Part shown: one piece after another, positions 39,301 to 54,300 of the stretch
Layout: every line of letters begins with the position of its first letter
Numbering within the stretch: position 1 is the first letter of the stretch
Source of the DNA: Antedon mediterranea
Lineage: Eukaryota; Animalia; Echinodermata
Reading direction: 5' to 3'
Assembly: GCF_964355755.1 (NCBI RefSeq)
Contig: NC_092673.1
Span: 3,844,001 to 3,908,000, forward strand
DNA: 64,000 nucleotides
Notes under the pieces: model-generated
What the model saw: only the letters and a program-made list of their open reading frames with translations
The model's database searches: none
Told to the model about the DNA's origin: nothing
Position numbers and translations under genes: made by a program

Positions 39301-42300
39301 TTATTTAGAATGTTCGCAGTAGTTCAGGTTTGCGTGTGATTGAGTTGTTCAATTAACAACCCCCACACAAATCCGCTTTGTCTGAACTTGATTGAGGAGA
39401 GGTTTGTGTATCTGGTTCTATATGAGCTATGTGTTAGTACTCTAGACGCAAGTAATTCATTCGAGAATTAGCAATTATTATCCGATTGAATTTTGCGCGT
39501 GTGTCTGTAAATAATAGTTAAATGCAATATATATATATTAAAGTTATTGTCCCCCAAAAACATGAAAAATGAAGTTTAATTAAATCAGACTTTAAATATG
39601 CCTTTTCGGAGTTTTAATAAAGTTAATCACTTCTGTAGTAAAAAAAAATATAAAAAATAATTATTTCACAAGACAAAAGAAACCGTTAATTTTAACCAAA
39701 ATACATTGTCTGACAATGACAGACAATTTAGGTATATTTTGGGAATTTTTTTTTCCATCCAGTTTTTGGTCAAAATGAATACAGTACATCCTATGTGACA
39801 TTAAAATGGCATATTCAACAACAAAAAAATTACTTTGTTGACAATAGGCCTATATCTTTAAATTTAAATAAATTATGCAGTATAATACAGTAAATGTCAT
39901 TTTTTCAATGAACTTCATATTAAATTGAATTATCAATATTGTTTTCAAATGATATTTTATTGTACTCACATTTTAAAAAGGTTTTAAGAAATTAAATGTA
40001 GACTTCAAATAATTAATTAATGAAAACTTGAAGGTTCTGACTCGAAAGACAGTAATGGCATTTGAAAAGGCTGTAACTGTTTTAATAGTCAATGTAAAAA
40101 AAAATTATTAACGGATTAATAATATAAAATTTCAATCAAGGTCAATATATGACGGTAAAAAATGTCATGAAAATTTGCTATAAACTAAACATTACAAACG
40201 CTGTCCTAAGTAATACATATTTTATTTCATATACCTTCTTTCATGTGATCATATTTCACACATGCTGCTGTATTGTAGCCTTCGCCCAGGGCAAAAACAA
40301 ATTAGTGACATTCGTCGTCATCAACTACCTATATTATAACCCTTACTCCTACTACTACGGTATTACTATGCATATTAATATGAAATGTTTCATATCAAGT
40401 CAGACTTGACATTCCCTATCGCCTTTCCTTCAGTTTTACTCTTCTTTTTCCTAGAATTTTGCATTTTCAAAAGTACAGTTATTTATAGATTTTTTAATAG
40501 TTAAATAATTTCTGTGTATTTGAAACAGATACAGTACTGTATATTTAAATATAGGGATTCAATTTTAGAGGAGATAGTAATGATTTTATAATGATAATAC
40601 TGTGTGATGGGTTTTTAAAAAGAATGACAGAGCCAATTAATTATATTGTTTAGAAAAAAAGCAAAATTCATAGTGACACTCATAATGCAAAAATAATTTT
40701 TTTTAAAAGCAGACTTTAAAGCTCAAACTTTATGTCACTACCATATTTGGACACATCACAATTTTTTTGTTAAACTAGTTTGATACAGATAGTATAGACA
40801 GAGCTTTAATATAGGTATGATTTATTTAATTGCTTAGTTTTTGAACAATATAGTGATGCAGGTCAATGCTAAAACAATGATACAAATTGTATACTAATCT
40901 ATAATTAAGAAGGTATGTGAAGTATTTGCACATGAATGCATTATACCTAATGAGTACCTAGTTTAAAAGCATGAATAAATCATTGATTTTTGTCTAGCAT
41001 TTGCAATTCTGATATTTGTGATTTCACTTGTATCACAACATATTGTTATTAGTATACAGATACGGATTGTTATTTTTCTTGTTAAAAAAAGTAAAACAAT
41101 TTGTAATAATTTGACTAATTTACTTTCATATTATTAATTAAAAAAAAACAATAAAAAAAAAAACTACTGTTTACAGGTACTGTTAAAATTGAAACATTGA
41201 AATATTATTTTACTGAAAATGAATTAACTGTTTTTGTATTGAAAGATATAGTACTAAAAATTGACTGACCTTTTTGTTGCCCAATTTTTTCAGTATAGTA
41301 AATAAAGAAAAAAAATCTGGTTATAGTCAAGTCATGTTTTACCAAAAGTAATTGCAAAATTGCAATTTCCATTTAAAAAAAAGTTTCCTATTTTTGGATA
41401 ACAGAAAGAAAAGAATGGATCACGTTAACATTAGTATGCATCAGTAAACTATATTTTCATATGTTTTTTTAAAGTTTCAATTTAATTTTATGAGACACTG
41501 CAATTAAAAAATTGTATATGATTTTATCCAAAAATGTATTTACTGTAGTTAAATAATTGTAGTGGTCCCAACAAATTAATGATACTGATACTAATAGTGC
41601 CATAATAACTTTCACCTTCTGTTTTTCAAGGGTGTGTACAGTATTGTACAGTACATCCTGATGCAATACAGTACTTTTAACCTGTTAGTTTATCATGTTA
41701 AATATCTATACATACAATACCAGAATTCATATCAAGTGCTACCAATTTAATTTGTAATAATTCACAATTAAAGTGTTTGTAAAATAACTTTAATTTGACA
41801 TGGTATTAGTGTGAAGTACATTGTTATAATCCTTTTCAGTGCATCAGACATATTTCATTGCATCTTAGGTTGTTATATGGTTTGAATTATTAGTCAGAGA
41901 GTAGAATATTATACAAATAATGAATGTTTATGAGTGCAATGGTACAAATAATGGCACGAGGTGAATGATGAAAGGTTATATCAACGAGGCAAAGCCGAGT
42001 TTTATTTATTTATTACGGTATATATAAAATTACAAAAACAATAGCACATAGCTAATAACGTTTGTATTACAATAAAAAATATTGAAATGAAATCTATAAA
42101 AACTACAATAATAAATTCGGAATATACAATTACAAAATTTCACAATTATTCACTAAAATTTAAAATATTAAGAATCTTAAAATATATACACAATTTTGGA
42201 AAATACAATTGCACTTTTATTTAAAAAAAAACGAAAAATTTGCATTATAATATACTAAAGTAAAACCTATCTGCACTGTTCTTTATTTGATTATTATTAT

Positions 42301-45300
42301 TATTATTATTATCTTTTAGTATAGGTGGCAACATTGCACAATTATTCACTAAAATATTCACAACATTAAAAATCTACAAAAATATATTAAATTTCGGAAA
42401 ATAAAAGTTTACAGTGTATATTAATATTAAACGTTGTCTGCAGTGCTCTTCATTTGATTATTTTAGGCGGTAATATTGCACAATCATTTATTATATATTT
42501 TTTTAATTTCATTTTTCACAGGAGGAATTTAATTTGTTTATAATATAGGGAATCGTTGAATTTTTATATCGGTTAGTTTTTATTTTAGGTAATGTAAATC
42601 TATTGGGGTTACGTAATCTAGATATATTAGGTCTTTCAGCAGGCAGCATATTACGATGTCTCTCTGACTTAAGGATACCTTCTCCAAATTTTAATGTTAA
42701 TTTTTCTCTACGTTCAGCAAGGCTGGTAATTTTGAGTTGAGTAAGGGCCGTATCATAGCTCTCATAGTCCTGGCCAAGTATAATTTTGCATGCTCGCTTT
42801 TGCAACCTCTCAATTTCATTGGTCTGTTGTTTTGTAATGCTAGAATGCCAAACAACACATGCATACTCAGTCAGCGGCCGAATATAGAGTTGATAAATAC
42901 TTAACATGTCACCAATAGGTGCACTATATCCTCTCAATGCATAAAGAAGAAACATTCTTCTACTTGCTCTAGAGATAATACTTTTGATTTGGATATCCCA
43001 ACCTAAATTGTCTTGTAGCTCAAGACCTAATAATTTCATACTATGTACAGTATCAATTTTTTCACCACTTATAGTAAATTGGGGGTAGTTTATTTGGGAT
43101 TTCATAAAATTTATATTAATAACATGGCACTTCGAAGGCTTGGGTAGCATGTCATTTTGTTTACACCAACAACTCAAGGAATCTAAATGGGATTGAAGTT
43201 CTGATGATGTACTATTATTTTTTATATTAATTATTTCTCCCAGTGTTAGATCATCCACAAATTTCCAACGATTATCAGTGGTGTTACCCGCATCATTCAC
43301 CATAACAGTAAATATGCTGGGTCCCAGTTTGGTACCCTGGGGGACCCCACACGTTATAGTTCTTAGTCCAGAACAATGTCCCTTAAATTTCACACACTGG
43401 GTGCGATTCATCAGAAAACTGCTAATCGTTGGAATTATCGACGGTCTAACACCAGATTCTATCATCTTTGAAATAGCAACATTATGGTTTATCCTATCAA
43501 ACGCAGTTGTGAAATCAACTGTACATAATGTGGCGTAGGTCCCTGGCACATCAATATTGGATATAACCGTATTCAACATATCTACTAAGTAGTGTGTTGT
43601 ACTAGTTCCTCTCACGTTACCATACTGTTTACAATCCAATACTGGTTCGAAATCCGTTTTTAACCATCCCGCTAGGAATGATTCAAATACTCTACCCAAT
43701 ATTTTAGTTAGTGAAATAGGTCGTAATTGGCCAACCATTGTTGGTTTTTTAACTTTAGGTACTGGTACAATTGATGCGGTCTTCCACACAGTTGGAAACA
43801 CCCCTTCGTTTAGACAGGTATTAAAGATTAAAAACAGGGGTTGTGCTATTTCAAAAGAAAACAGCTTAATGAGTTTCACCGGAATATCATCTGGGTGGCC
43901 AGATTTATTGGAGTTTAATTTGTTTAAACTCTTCCAAATTTCTCCATGGTATATTTTGGGGGGTGGTTTTGTAGGCAAGTACGAGGGAAGTGTTTCCAAT
44001 CTGAGTGGTGGAAGCTGGCAACATACTCTTGAGAAATGTTCATTAATTTGTTCAGCCTGTTCTTCAACAGATTCACCATAATTATTTAATTTAACATTGT
44101 CTGACTTCTTGTTATATCCTGTGATGTTTTTAATTGTTTTATTCCATTTACCGGGTTGTGCATTTTTTAGTCCTTCTATATTATCCTTATAATGTTTCTC
44201 TTTAGCTTTGTTAATTTCATACTTTACTTTGTTTCTTAGGCTTCGCCATAAATTTATATTATTAGATCTATATGCCTTTTGTCGCTCATCAATCAATTTA
44301 TGTATGCGATAGTTCATCCACGGCTTTTCATTATTTCGTCGTCGAATTACTTTTTGCGGAAAATGTTCTTCGTATTTTTGTTTTAGTATATTTTCAAGGA
44401 TTTCTGCCATTCTCTCTCCTGATTCTGCCAAATACACCTCCTCCCATGATTCCTGAGTTATCCATTGGCCCATCGATCGAATACAAGATTCTCTGAATGG
44501 CCTTGTGATCAAGGCTTTTGAGGTAGGCTTTTGATATAACCTTTCATCATTCACCAAGTGCCATTATTTGTACCATTACACGAATACAAAACATTCATTA
44601 TTTGTTTTATATAACATCTAGACGTTTTTTTTTCGTACACAAAAATGTTTCAAAAAGTACTATTTAACGATCGTTGAATAGTGCGTACTATTGCACGCCA
44701 TGTGACCCACATTCGTCCAATCAAATGACAGGAATTTATATAGGTGTTATATAATATAAAATAGAACCTCTTTTAAGGGGACATCTTTGGGACCACAAAA
44801 TGACCATTTGATAGCGGTTTCCTCTAAAAAGGTGTTGCGGGGGCCCCCGGCCCCCGGCCCCCCGCTGGATACGCCACTGGCCCCTGAGGGGTTGGCTGTA
44901 TAGTGTTAAAATATTCATTGCCCTTCATTTTGTTTCTCTGTGGTACTGTCCCTTTAATTATAAGGGTATCCTCTAAATAGGGATTGGCTAAAGTGTTACT
45001 AAGACATTGCCCTTTATTTGTTTCAATGGTAACTGTCTATTTAATAATAAAGGTATCCTCTAAATAGAGGTTGGCTAAAGTGTTACTAAGACATTGCTCT
45101 TTATTTGTTTCAATGGTAACTGTCTATTTAATAATAAAGGTATCCTCTAAATAGGGGTTGGCTAAAGTGTTACTAAGGCATTGCCCTTCATTTGTTTCAA
45201 TGGTAACTGTCTATTTAATAATAAAGTATCCTCTAAATAGGGGTTGGCTAAAGTGTTACTACGACAATGCCCTTTATTTGTTTCAATGGTAACTGTCTAT

Positions 45301-48300
45301 TTAATAATAAAGGTATCCTCTAAATAGGGGTTGGCTAAAGTGTTACTAAGACATTGCTCTTTATTTGTTTCAATGGTAACTGTCTATTTAATAATAAAGG
45401 TATCCTCTAAATAGGGTTGGCTAAAGTGTTACTAAGGCATTGCCCTTCATTTGTTTCAATGGAATTAAATAATAAAGGAATTTAATAAAGGTATCCAAGG
45501 AAGGTAAATAAAAGGTATCCAAGGAGGAATTCTACTCCACAGTGTTTACTTGAGTTGGAATGAGCAATTTGTTTCTTCGTAATTATCAGTTAGTGACTTT
45601 ATTCTTTAATGTAATTCAAATTTTCAACCAAAGAAGAGATATACAGACATGAGAATCAAGTTGATCGATACTATAAACTAATTCGTGCTTGTCTATTTAT
45701 GTAAAGTACCATACAACAATGAAACTATTTGATTTGTTTACACATTTTGTATCCTATTCAATTTTTCACTGTAGGGTATATTGTCAATAAAATTATAATT
45801 ACAATAAAGATTTAATATACAATTTTTGAATCATATGATTATCATGAGTATTAAATGTAATACTATAGAGAATAAACCCTCAGATTACAATTCAAATTAG
45901 ATTTGTCATCAAAATGTACAACTAGTCTGTATTAAGCTCTTTCTAAATATTAAATTTTATGTGACAAAAAATGCCCATGGACACAATGATGTCATATCAC
46001 TACCATATTTGGGCACATCATACATTTTTTGTCAAACTAGTTTGAAAGTGTAGACAACTTAAAGCCCCATTCCCTACGTTTTTTAGATCTAATTTAAGAT
46101 CACAAACTATATTTAATGTAAAAATAATACTATATGGTCCTATTGCGATAACTTTTTTCGTCTTTAAACGGTTAAAAATGTGAAAAATAAGTCGATTCTA
46201 ATAATTATAGCGGCCCGCTATAAATCCCAAAATGCATTGCGCGCGGATTGATATTTTTGTTTTTCACCTGTAATTCGCCCACTTTTCGATCGATCGTGAA
46301 GCCAAAACAAATGGAAGACTCCTAACTTTTCAGCGAAAATACCGGGTTTTCCCCAATTTGTATCAACGGAGTCTGGCAAAAATAGAAAGACAATTAATGC
46401 AGCAACTATACAACGTCAGGCTAGGTATATAGCTCGCGTACGATGTTCGTACGTTACCGATGTTTACCAGCTAGGCCTACAAAACTAAGCCTAGCTAGGC
46501 TAGGCCTAAGACCCTCCACGAGAGGTCGATCGCCGCGAGCTACTTAGGTAGTGCATTGTTTCTCACTTTTTATCATAATTTACCATAAAACGTACATTTA
46601 AGACAAGGAATGACATGGTTTAATGTTTTTAAAGTGATATATATGTATTATTTTCAAAAAAACGTCCAAAATTGCAGGGAAGGGGTCTTTAATACTGATA
46701 GATACTGTAAATGTATAAATATTATTAATTTCAAAATTGCTAACTTTTTTAGTACTTTCATATCTATTTTATTTTTGTTTAATGTGATCTATTTTTAGCG
46801 TAGCAATACCTGGATAAACCAGATATCTGTGTACCAGTACAAACACATATGAGGTGTTTTGCATTTTTCCTACTTGAAATTAGTAAATTATCTGGTATTG
46901 ATTTCATTGACCATTACTGCTGCTGGGTGTTATAAAGTTTCTTTCAATTCATGCAATTTGATTTTATTAATATTTATTATTTACACAATAAAATGTGAAC
47001 CATAGTATACGCCAATGTTATTTGCAAATTACAGCTTGTGTCTACTTTGTGCCTAGCTTGTTGTGTTTTTTTTTGTAGTCATTAGTTTAAGCTCTGTCTA
47101 CACTATCAAACTTTATGTGACAAAAGAATGTGATGTGCCCAAATATCACTACCATATTTTTAGAGGAACACACCTATTTGGTGACAGTGTCGTACTGTAT
47201 GCTGATATTAAACTTTCCTCACAGCTTTGTTGGGAATGACTCTTTTAACAGCCATCGGCCATGTAATAACATAATGTGAGAATATAATGACCCAAGTGAC
47301 AGTAGCAGGGAAAAATTTCATTTTAAAATTTTGTTTAGCAATTATTGCTAATCAAACTGATTTTTTAGTCGAGAAACATAGTTTTGTATTGTCTTTTTTG
47401 CTACACAATTTTAGAAATGTGTAGCAATAAGGTTGTTTTGTATAGCTTTTTGCTACTGTATGCTACACTGGCGAAATTATTCCCTGAGTAGTATGACAAC
47501 ATTTTTAAAATTGTATTTTCTTGTTGGTAAAATGACTTCTAACAAAGTTGGCCATCTACGTCATGTGATACATCATCGTCGCAAGGTCACGATAGCACAT
47601 TTCTCTACCCACGTATTGATCGCATGAAAGAATGATTACCTATAGTATCAAGGCGCAATTACATACCTGTCCAATCTCATTTGTTCTTATCTGAAATGAA
47701 TTCATCACAAATATATTTTGTATTAGTTACTGCACAATCAAGAATTTAAAAATGCATTTATACTATAATATTTGAGGGAAAAATTAAGTTAGTTGATCAA
47801 TTAATTCTCCTCAGATTTTTTGCTGTGATTGAATAGAATATTTATTTTTTAAATTTTAACGAAAATATTTTTGGTAACAGTAACACTGTAGAAATGTATC
47901 GTTATGTGTTAATGTTAATATTATACAGTAAGGCAAAGTTAAGGTGAGTCCCGTGTTAATTCTGAACGTAGGGGAATGAGCTGTTAGGAGCTCATTGTAC
48001 TACGCCCCGACATTATGTGGTAGGGTGGCCAGTTCCTTTCTACGCCGCCTTTTTTCTCCCTAGTATTTTCAACCAGGTACTCTTTTGCAGCTGAGTGGAC
48101 TGGGAGTTGTCGGGAATTGAACCCGGGTCTATCTGTATGACAGTCAAGTGTCCTAACCACTCGGCTATCCAAGAACTCCAGTACTAGTAATAAATGACAT
48201 AATTACGGTAAACAAATGTTAAGTAATGACAAATACTGTATTATAGTCTTTGGTAAAAAATTTTGAGTAAAAGCATGGAGAAACTAACTTATTTCTCCAT

Positions 48301-51300
48301 GATAAATGTAAAGGTGGGATCTTTTGCATTTCCTGTAGGAAGTTGTTGATTAACAATTGTATTCCTTATCCGGGTTCACACATGTGGAAGAATTTCAATG
48401 TCCATGATAAACAAACTAATAAGGGATTGGTGTTTTTTGTTTGTAATAAATAGTGCGCCCTCTGTCGCTCTCTGAATTTCGCCAAGTATCCCTCGGTTTA
48501 TACTGTTTTCTAATTTTGGAATAATTCAAATTACAAATGTACTATCACAAAGTATATTTTAGCAAAACAACAGCTACAGTACGCAATTTAAATCCATAGT
48601 ACTAGTACTAGTAGGTATAGTAGGAATATAACATAGGGCCCGTTCGGACGGGACTGAAACTACCGTGTACTTCCAACTGTGAGGTCGCGTGTGGCAATTA
48701 ACTTACGCCTCTGGCTATAAAAAATTAGAAAACCATCTGGACGAAAAATCCACCAACTTTACTGGTTATTTCAATCCCATTCCAATTACACGCTGCCTCG
48801 GGGTATAATTAATCAAGCGTTAACGGGGTCATGTCAAATCGCGACCTCAAATAAGCTTTCTGATTGTTTAACAATTATTGTTTAAAATGTTCTTTTTCGT
48901 TAATGCGAATGTATATCTATTGTTTTGTAAAATTATATATAAATAATCAACTCGTTGGTTTTTTCCGGTGACCTGTAGTACTAGTAGGTATAGTAGGAAT
49001 ATAACATACAGTACAGTACTGACCAAAAAACAGGGCTGAATCCAGGGGTAGCTGGGAAAATGATCATAATAAAGCTTCAACTCTCAATATTAGTCTCCTC
49101 TTTTCGTAACAAAGTATATTACAATGTCTTAATCTTGGAATCATTCATTTTATCTGCCTCGACAATGATAATATTATTTATAAAGTTGAAATAACATTTA
49201 TGTTTTTGTACAAGATTTATGGTAGTAGAGTTATATAATTAATACCATCACCATTTCATTCCTTCTGAATTGTGATCTGATCTCACAAATAAGAATTAAT
49301 TATAGGAAAATAATTTTTCACAACATATACTAGTATTGTAATGCTTTATTTTAAAATTTAAAATGTATTTGCACTAATTGTTGTTGTGTTAATTATAAGG
49401 AAACAATTTTGCAAATAGAAAGTCAATTTTTAATTTTTACAATAACATTTTATTAATTTATATCCCTGGCCTTTGTGTTTGAAAATCTTCATCTACAAAG
49501 CAGAAGATAATATTTTACTGTTTGTTTTACCAGTAACAATTTTATGTATTGAAATTGTTAAGAGTAGAAACACATTGTGCAGGTTCTTTGAATTTAAAGT
49601 AGTGTTAAAAATATCAGGGTATTGTATTGTACTATGTTAATATTGTAATATTTTCAAGGTTAACAAGTAAATGTAAAATGTCACTTTTGAACTTGCATCA
49701 CAAGGCTTATTGGCGATTAGGTAGTGCAAGTTAAACATATTACATTAATACAGACCAGCTAGTGTTTAAACTCCTTTGGGAATAGATAGGAACATTAAAG
49801 TAAACACATGATTTACAGACTGACTTGGTGTTTAATTTTTTTATTTATTCGACATCATGTCCTGTGACCCCAAAAGTAACAGAGTCACCATAACATGAAA
49901 AGTCTGAGGCCCCAGAAGAACTTAACTACATAAAAAACAAAGTGTTAACTCTTCAATCTTGAAAATAGGTACTGTACTGTAGGTTAAATTCAGCATTACT
50001 AATACTATATGTACAAAGTAATAGTCTATTTACTCTCTCATGTCTCGAAAAGAAATGATGATGGTGGTTTGTGGTGAGGCTCCCACTTGAGGGCATAGTT
50101 CATGGACTATACCATTTGTGGAGAGGGGTGTTCAATTAAAATTTCTACTTTTCGAGGTATATCTCGCTCTTCGAGGAGAAAGGCTATTGTCTGTTTATCC
50201 AGGTAAGCTAGCACTCATAGACTACCAACACCACTGTTGGTTTGTGTAATATATGATGCACATCTACTGTACTCCACCCCTTCATTTGAACATGGAATTG
50301 GATCAAGTTTGGGCCATAGCATACTAGCCTAACATTGAGGTTTTAGCCTGAATAATTTTGTTAGAAAAGTAAACTAAATTTTGAGGAGGACTACTGTATT
50401 GTTGATTATACAGTATTTGATATAACCACCTTTCTAAAGAAACGTGTTAGTCTGTGGAAAATGTTCACTAAAGAAACAGGAAAAGGAAATAAGAGGAAGT
50501 TGTCACCTTTTAGGTCAAAAACTCGCAAAAGTAAAGCTTTATAAATATATTACCGCCGTCAGTTGAAATTCATTAATAACGGTGATGTATCTAGGATTAT
50601 TTTGATTATGGGGTACCCAGGGTCTAAAAATGGTAGCGCAGAACTGAACCTAATGTCCTATTTCTTTCACTGTAAATTTTAAAATGTTTAGATACTATTA
50701 GCGTTTGCATCCTTTTCAATGTTATTATAAATTTTGTCTATTATTTAGGTATATCGATTTTAAACGCAAAATGCACTAGGGATGTTGTGTTTTCCTTCTA
50801 ATAAAATTTTATCGTTATTTTTTAATGTAATATTATTTGCTCAATATAGAGTTGTACAATGTTTCTTCACTAATTGGGGTTTTTATGATTTTGTTTGTTA
50901 CAATGGCATTTTCATTTATGTCTAATATGTATTATAATAATCATACGCTGCATGAAATATTCGAACAATATATGAATTCTACTTTTAAATGCTATATAAA
51001 TAGCTGAATTAGAAGGATAATTTATAAATGTATATGAATAATGTTCATTTCATTAAAACCATACGTGTATAGTAACATGTATTTCTCAACAAAATTAAAA
51101 CAGAATGTTTTGAATATCTTTAATTAAGTCATGACATATTGGTTGTTTAAAAAAAATTAAAATATTGTACAGTATTTCAGTCAGTAGACTTCAACCCCCG
51201 ATAAATTGATATCTTTTTCTGGATAATCACCTTTAATTAAGCTTAAGGTATTACTGTAAAACAGCAGAGAATATTGTTTATTTTCTCAAGTTTTGACACT

Positions 51301-54300
51301 AGAAAAATTGCTTGTCTGACCAAATCACACAGCCATTAATAAAGCAGAAATGAACTATTAAAACAGATAGAATTTCAATACAACCTTTATAGTTGACTAC
51401 AATATGAACTTTTGCACTTTGTTGTTACTATGATATAATCTACAAGTTTTAAGCACTGTCTACACTATCATTATCAAACTAGTTTAACAAAAAAAGTGTG
51501 ATGTGCCCAAATATAGTAGTGATATGCCCAAATATGGTAGTGATATGACATCATCATATCCATATATGGGCACATCACATTTTTTGTCACATAAAGTTTG
51601 ATAGTGTAGACAGAGATTTAACTAATTCATAATCACTTAAAATGCTTTTATTTTAACTCTAAATTTACCGTGGGTTTTATTTTACAGTAGATAGGTAATT
51701 TATCTCAAGTTAGGCACAGATCCAGGTACATTCTCTCTGCCGATAAATGTATAATTTTCATATTCTTTACCATGATATAGTACAATCAAATTTCGATCAC
51801 CTACTGTATATGAGCAATTTATTCAGTTTTAATACAATTCATCCAATTATGTTGTCCTAATTACTGCAGGTACCCTAGTCACAAGCTTCAAGCTGTTCCA
51901 ATATACAATTATCTATTTTGTCATAAATCTTAAGGTTCGAATACATCATATTTTTAGAATGAAATCGGGTCAATTTAACACTACAGTGTATTAGTATTAT
52001 AAATATGGAAATTAGAATTTTATATACAGTAGTTGATAAGTATAGTATGATTTATTGATGAGTGCTATATAATGTTTTGATTTGATGATACATACATAAC
52101 AGTACTATATATTACACAATCTGCTTTATTAGAAATATTCCATCATGTTTGAAATTTAATCAGCAGAAATGTCAATTATTATTTAAATTTACTGATTAGT
52201 ACCTAATTATACTCCTGGGATAACAATGATATGTAAATTGTATACATGGCTCAAATGATGTCAATATCGAACGGCATTTTATTGTTAGATTTCCACGATT
52301 TATACCAAATCATCGTAGTATTTCTGCCAAATATGGATTTGTTACTTCTAAAGATGTGTGGAATAAAAGGAAGATTTAAATTTATTGTTGCTCTTTTTTA
52401 AATAATTTGTTTTCATAAATTTTCTCCTTTTCTAGATATTCTGGTTGGTGCAAGGCAAGTGCCCCAAGTCAGCTGACAATGGCAAATGATGTATGGGACA
52501 TTATTGGACGGTTAGTTGATTAAATGTTGTTTTCATATACTTTTAGTTGGTTATTCTAGCAAGGTGCAAGCATTCATAAACCAACCACTCTAAAAATGAT
52601 ATAACATGATACTAGAATAAGATTTTCATGTAAAGCTCTGTCTACACTATCAAACTGATGGTGTAGTCGGTGATAAGCCCATATTTGGGCATATTACTAC
52701 CATATTTGGAAACATCACAAACTAGTTTGATAGTGTAGACAGAGCTTAAGACAGTAGATTGTGCCGTTTTGAAGTGTTCTTGGCAAAATGATGCAAGTTC
52801 ATATTAGAGTCAGATGAGCATGCAAGAAGGTACAGGATTGTGATTCTAGACTGAGATTGCATGCAAGATTCAGACATAGTACAGTGTACAGTATATCGAA
52901 AAATGTTGAGTTTTTTTGTTTTCGTCATCTGATTTCTGGGTTTTCGTCTTTAATTTGCATTCTATTTTAACATTAAACACTACAGTGTAATGATATTTAA
53001 ACTTAATTTTGTTTTGATTATAAATAGCTAGGCTTACCATCCAGCTGATGATTGATGTGGTTTCTGGTTATGTTAACATTGAATGCTTCCGGAAGAAGTT
53101 ACTATAATGTATCAAAAGTAATCCCTCATATAGCTACTGATAATATCCTGCATACTTCTAAGGTTGAAATCTTAAAAACAAGTTTGTTTTTCCTACAGCT
53201 TGTTCAGCAACACAATAGCAGCATAAAAACCAAAACATCAAGCCATTCTCAACCTAATATTGTACTTCCTTTTTGAATCACATGTGAGTGAGTGGCCGAG
53301 CGGTTAAGACAGTGGAACCGTAATTACGTAGCCATAAAATCGGCAGGGGTTCGAGGCTCACTCACTCCATGGTTCTGGTGGTAAAACGAGTCTTCTCGGA
53401 TAAGGACTATAAACCGTAGGTCCAGTATACACATCTAGCTCATGTGCACTTTAAAGAACCTAGTACATCTTTCGAGACGAGTAGGGGGTTACCCCGGTGT
53501 ATTAGTACATCACAGCCACTGATCACCAACTGGGCCCTCTGGGAGACCAGTCTTTGACTGAAGAGGTTACCCAGTATAAATATAAATTTCAATTTAAATT
53601 CAATTCAATAGTGTAAACCTAACTTTAGTGTTTATTAACCATGCAAACCTTTAAACAATATAATGAGCAGTTTTAAGTAAATTTTAAAAAATCACCAGTG
53701 TTTTTAGAATAAAACTATTGTTGTTACATAACAACAATGGAATAATCTTTCACCAGATATTCGCAGCTCTATGAATTCATTAACTTTGCAATCGTTTAAA
53801 AATTTGATCGAACTGTATTTTTCTCTTGCTTCTTGTGATATTGTAGTCTTTAAAAACGTTTTCATAATTTTCCATTTTTATTGTTTATATTTGTAATTTG
53901 TAAGTGTATAACTGGACTTCAAGGAAGAAAAATGTACAAATATTGAATGAATATTCAGAATAAAGAAAGATTTCTATCTACAGTATCTATCTATAATCAC
54001 TGCAGTGACTGTAGAATTCTGTATAAGTCTGTTTCTTGGAAAGGTAATTATTATAAGATATTAATGGAACACCAAAGATTGGTTATATCGTGTTAATGTA
54101 CAGTACACTCCATTATTGATGATAATGGATATTTAATAAACTTCCTTTTTGTGTACTATATTGATTATATTGTTTCTGCAGGCCCATGTGTGTACTTTAG
54201 TTTTGTATTCTTCACTGTGTACAGGTACATCTTTAATTCGTGCATACTGCGTCATTACCAACGATCTACTTAATTTATCTCCCAAAAGAAATCAACACCG

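Noticed and set aside
44531-44557. ORF-track N-terminus MVNDERLYQ of the 682-aa RT
   Set aside because: It starts at TTG inside the host palindromic repeat, so it is a chance in-frame fusion at the 5' truncation junction and not a real start.
44886-45462. Regular array resembling CRISPR (likewise 19903-20260)
   Set aside because: Units are identical end to end with no unique spacers, there are no cas genes, and the context is eukaryotic.
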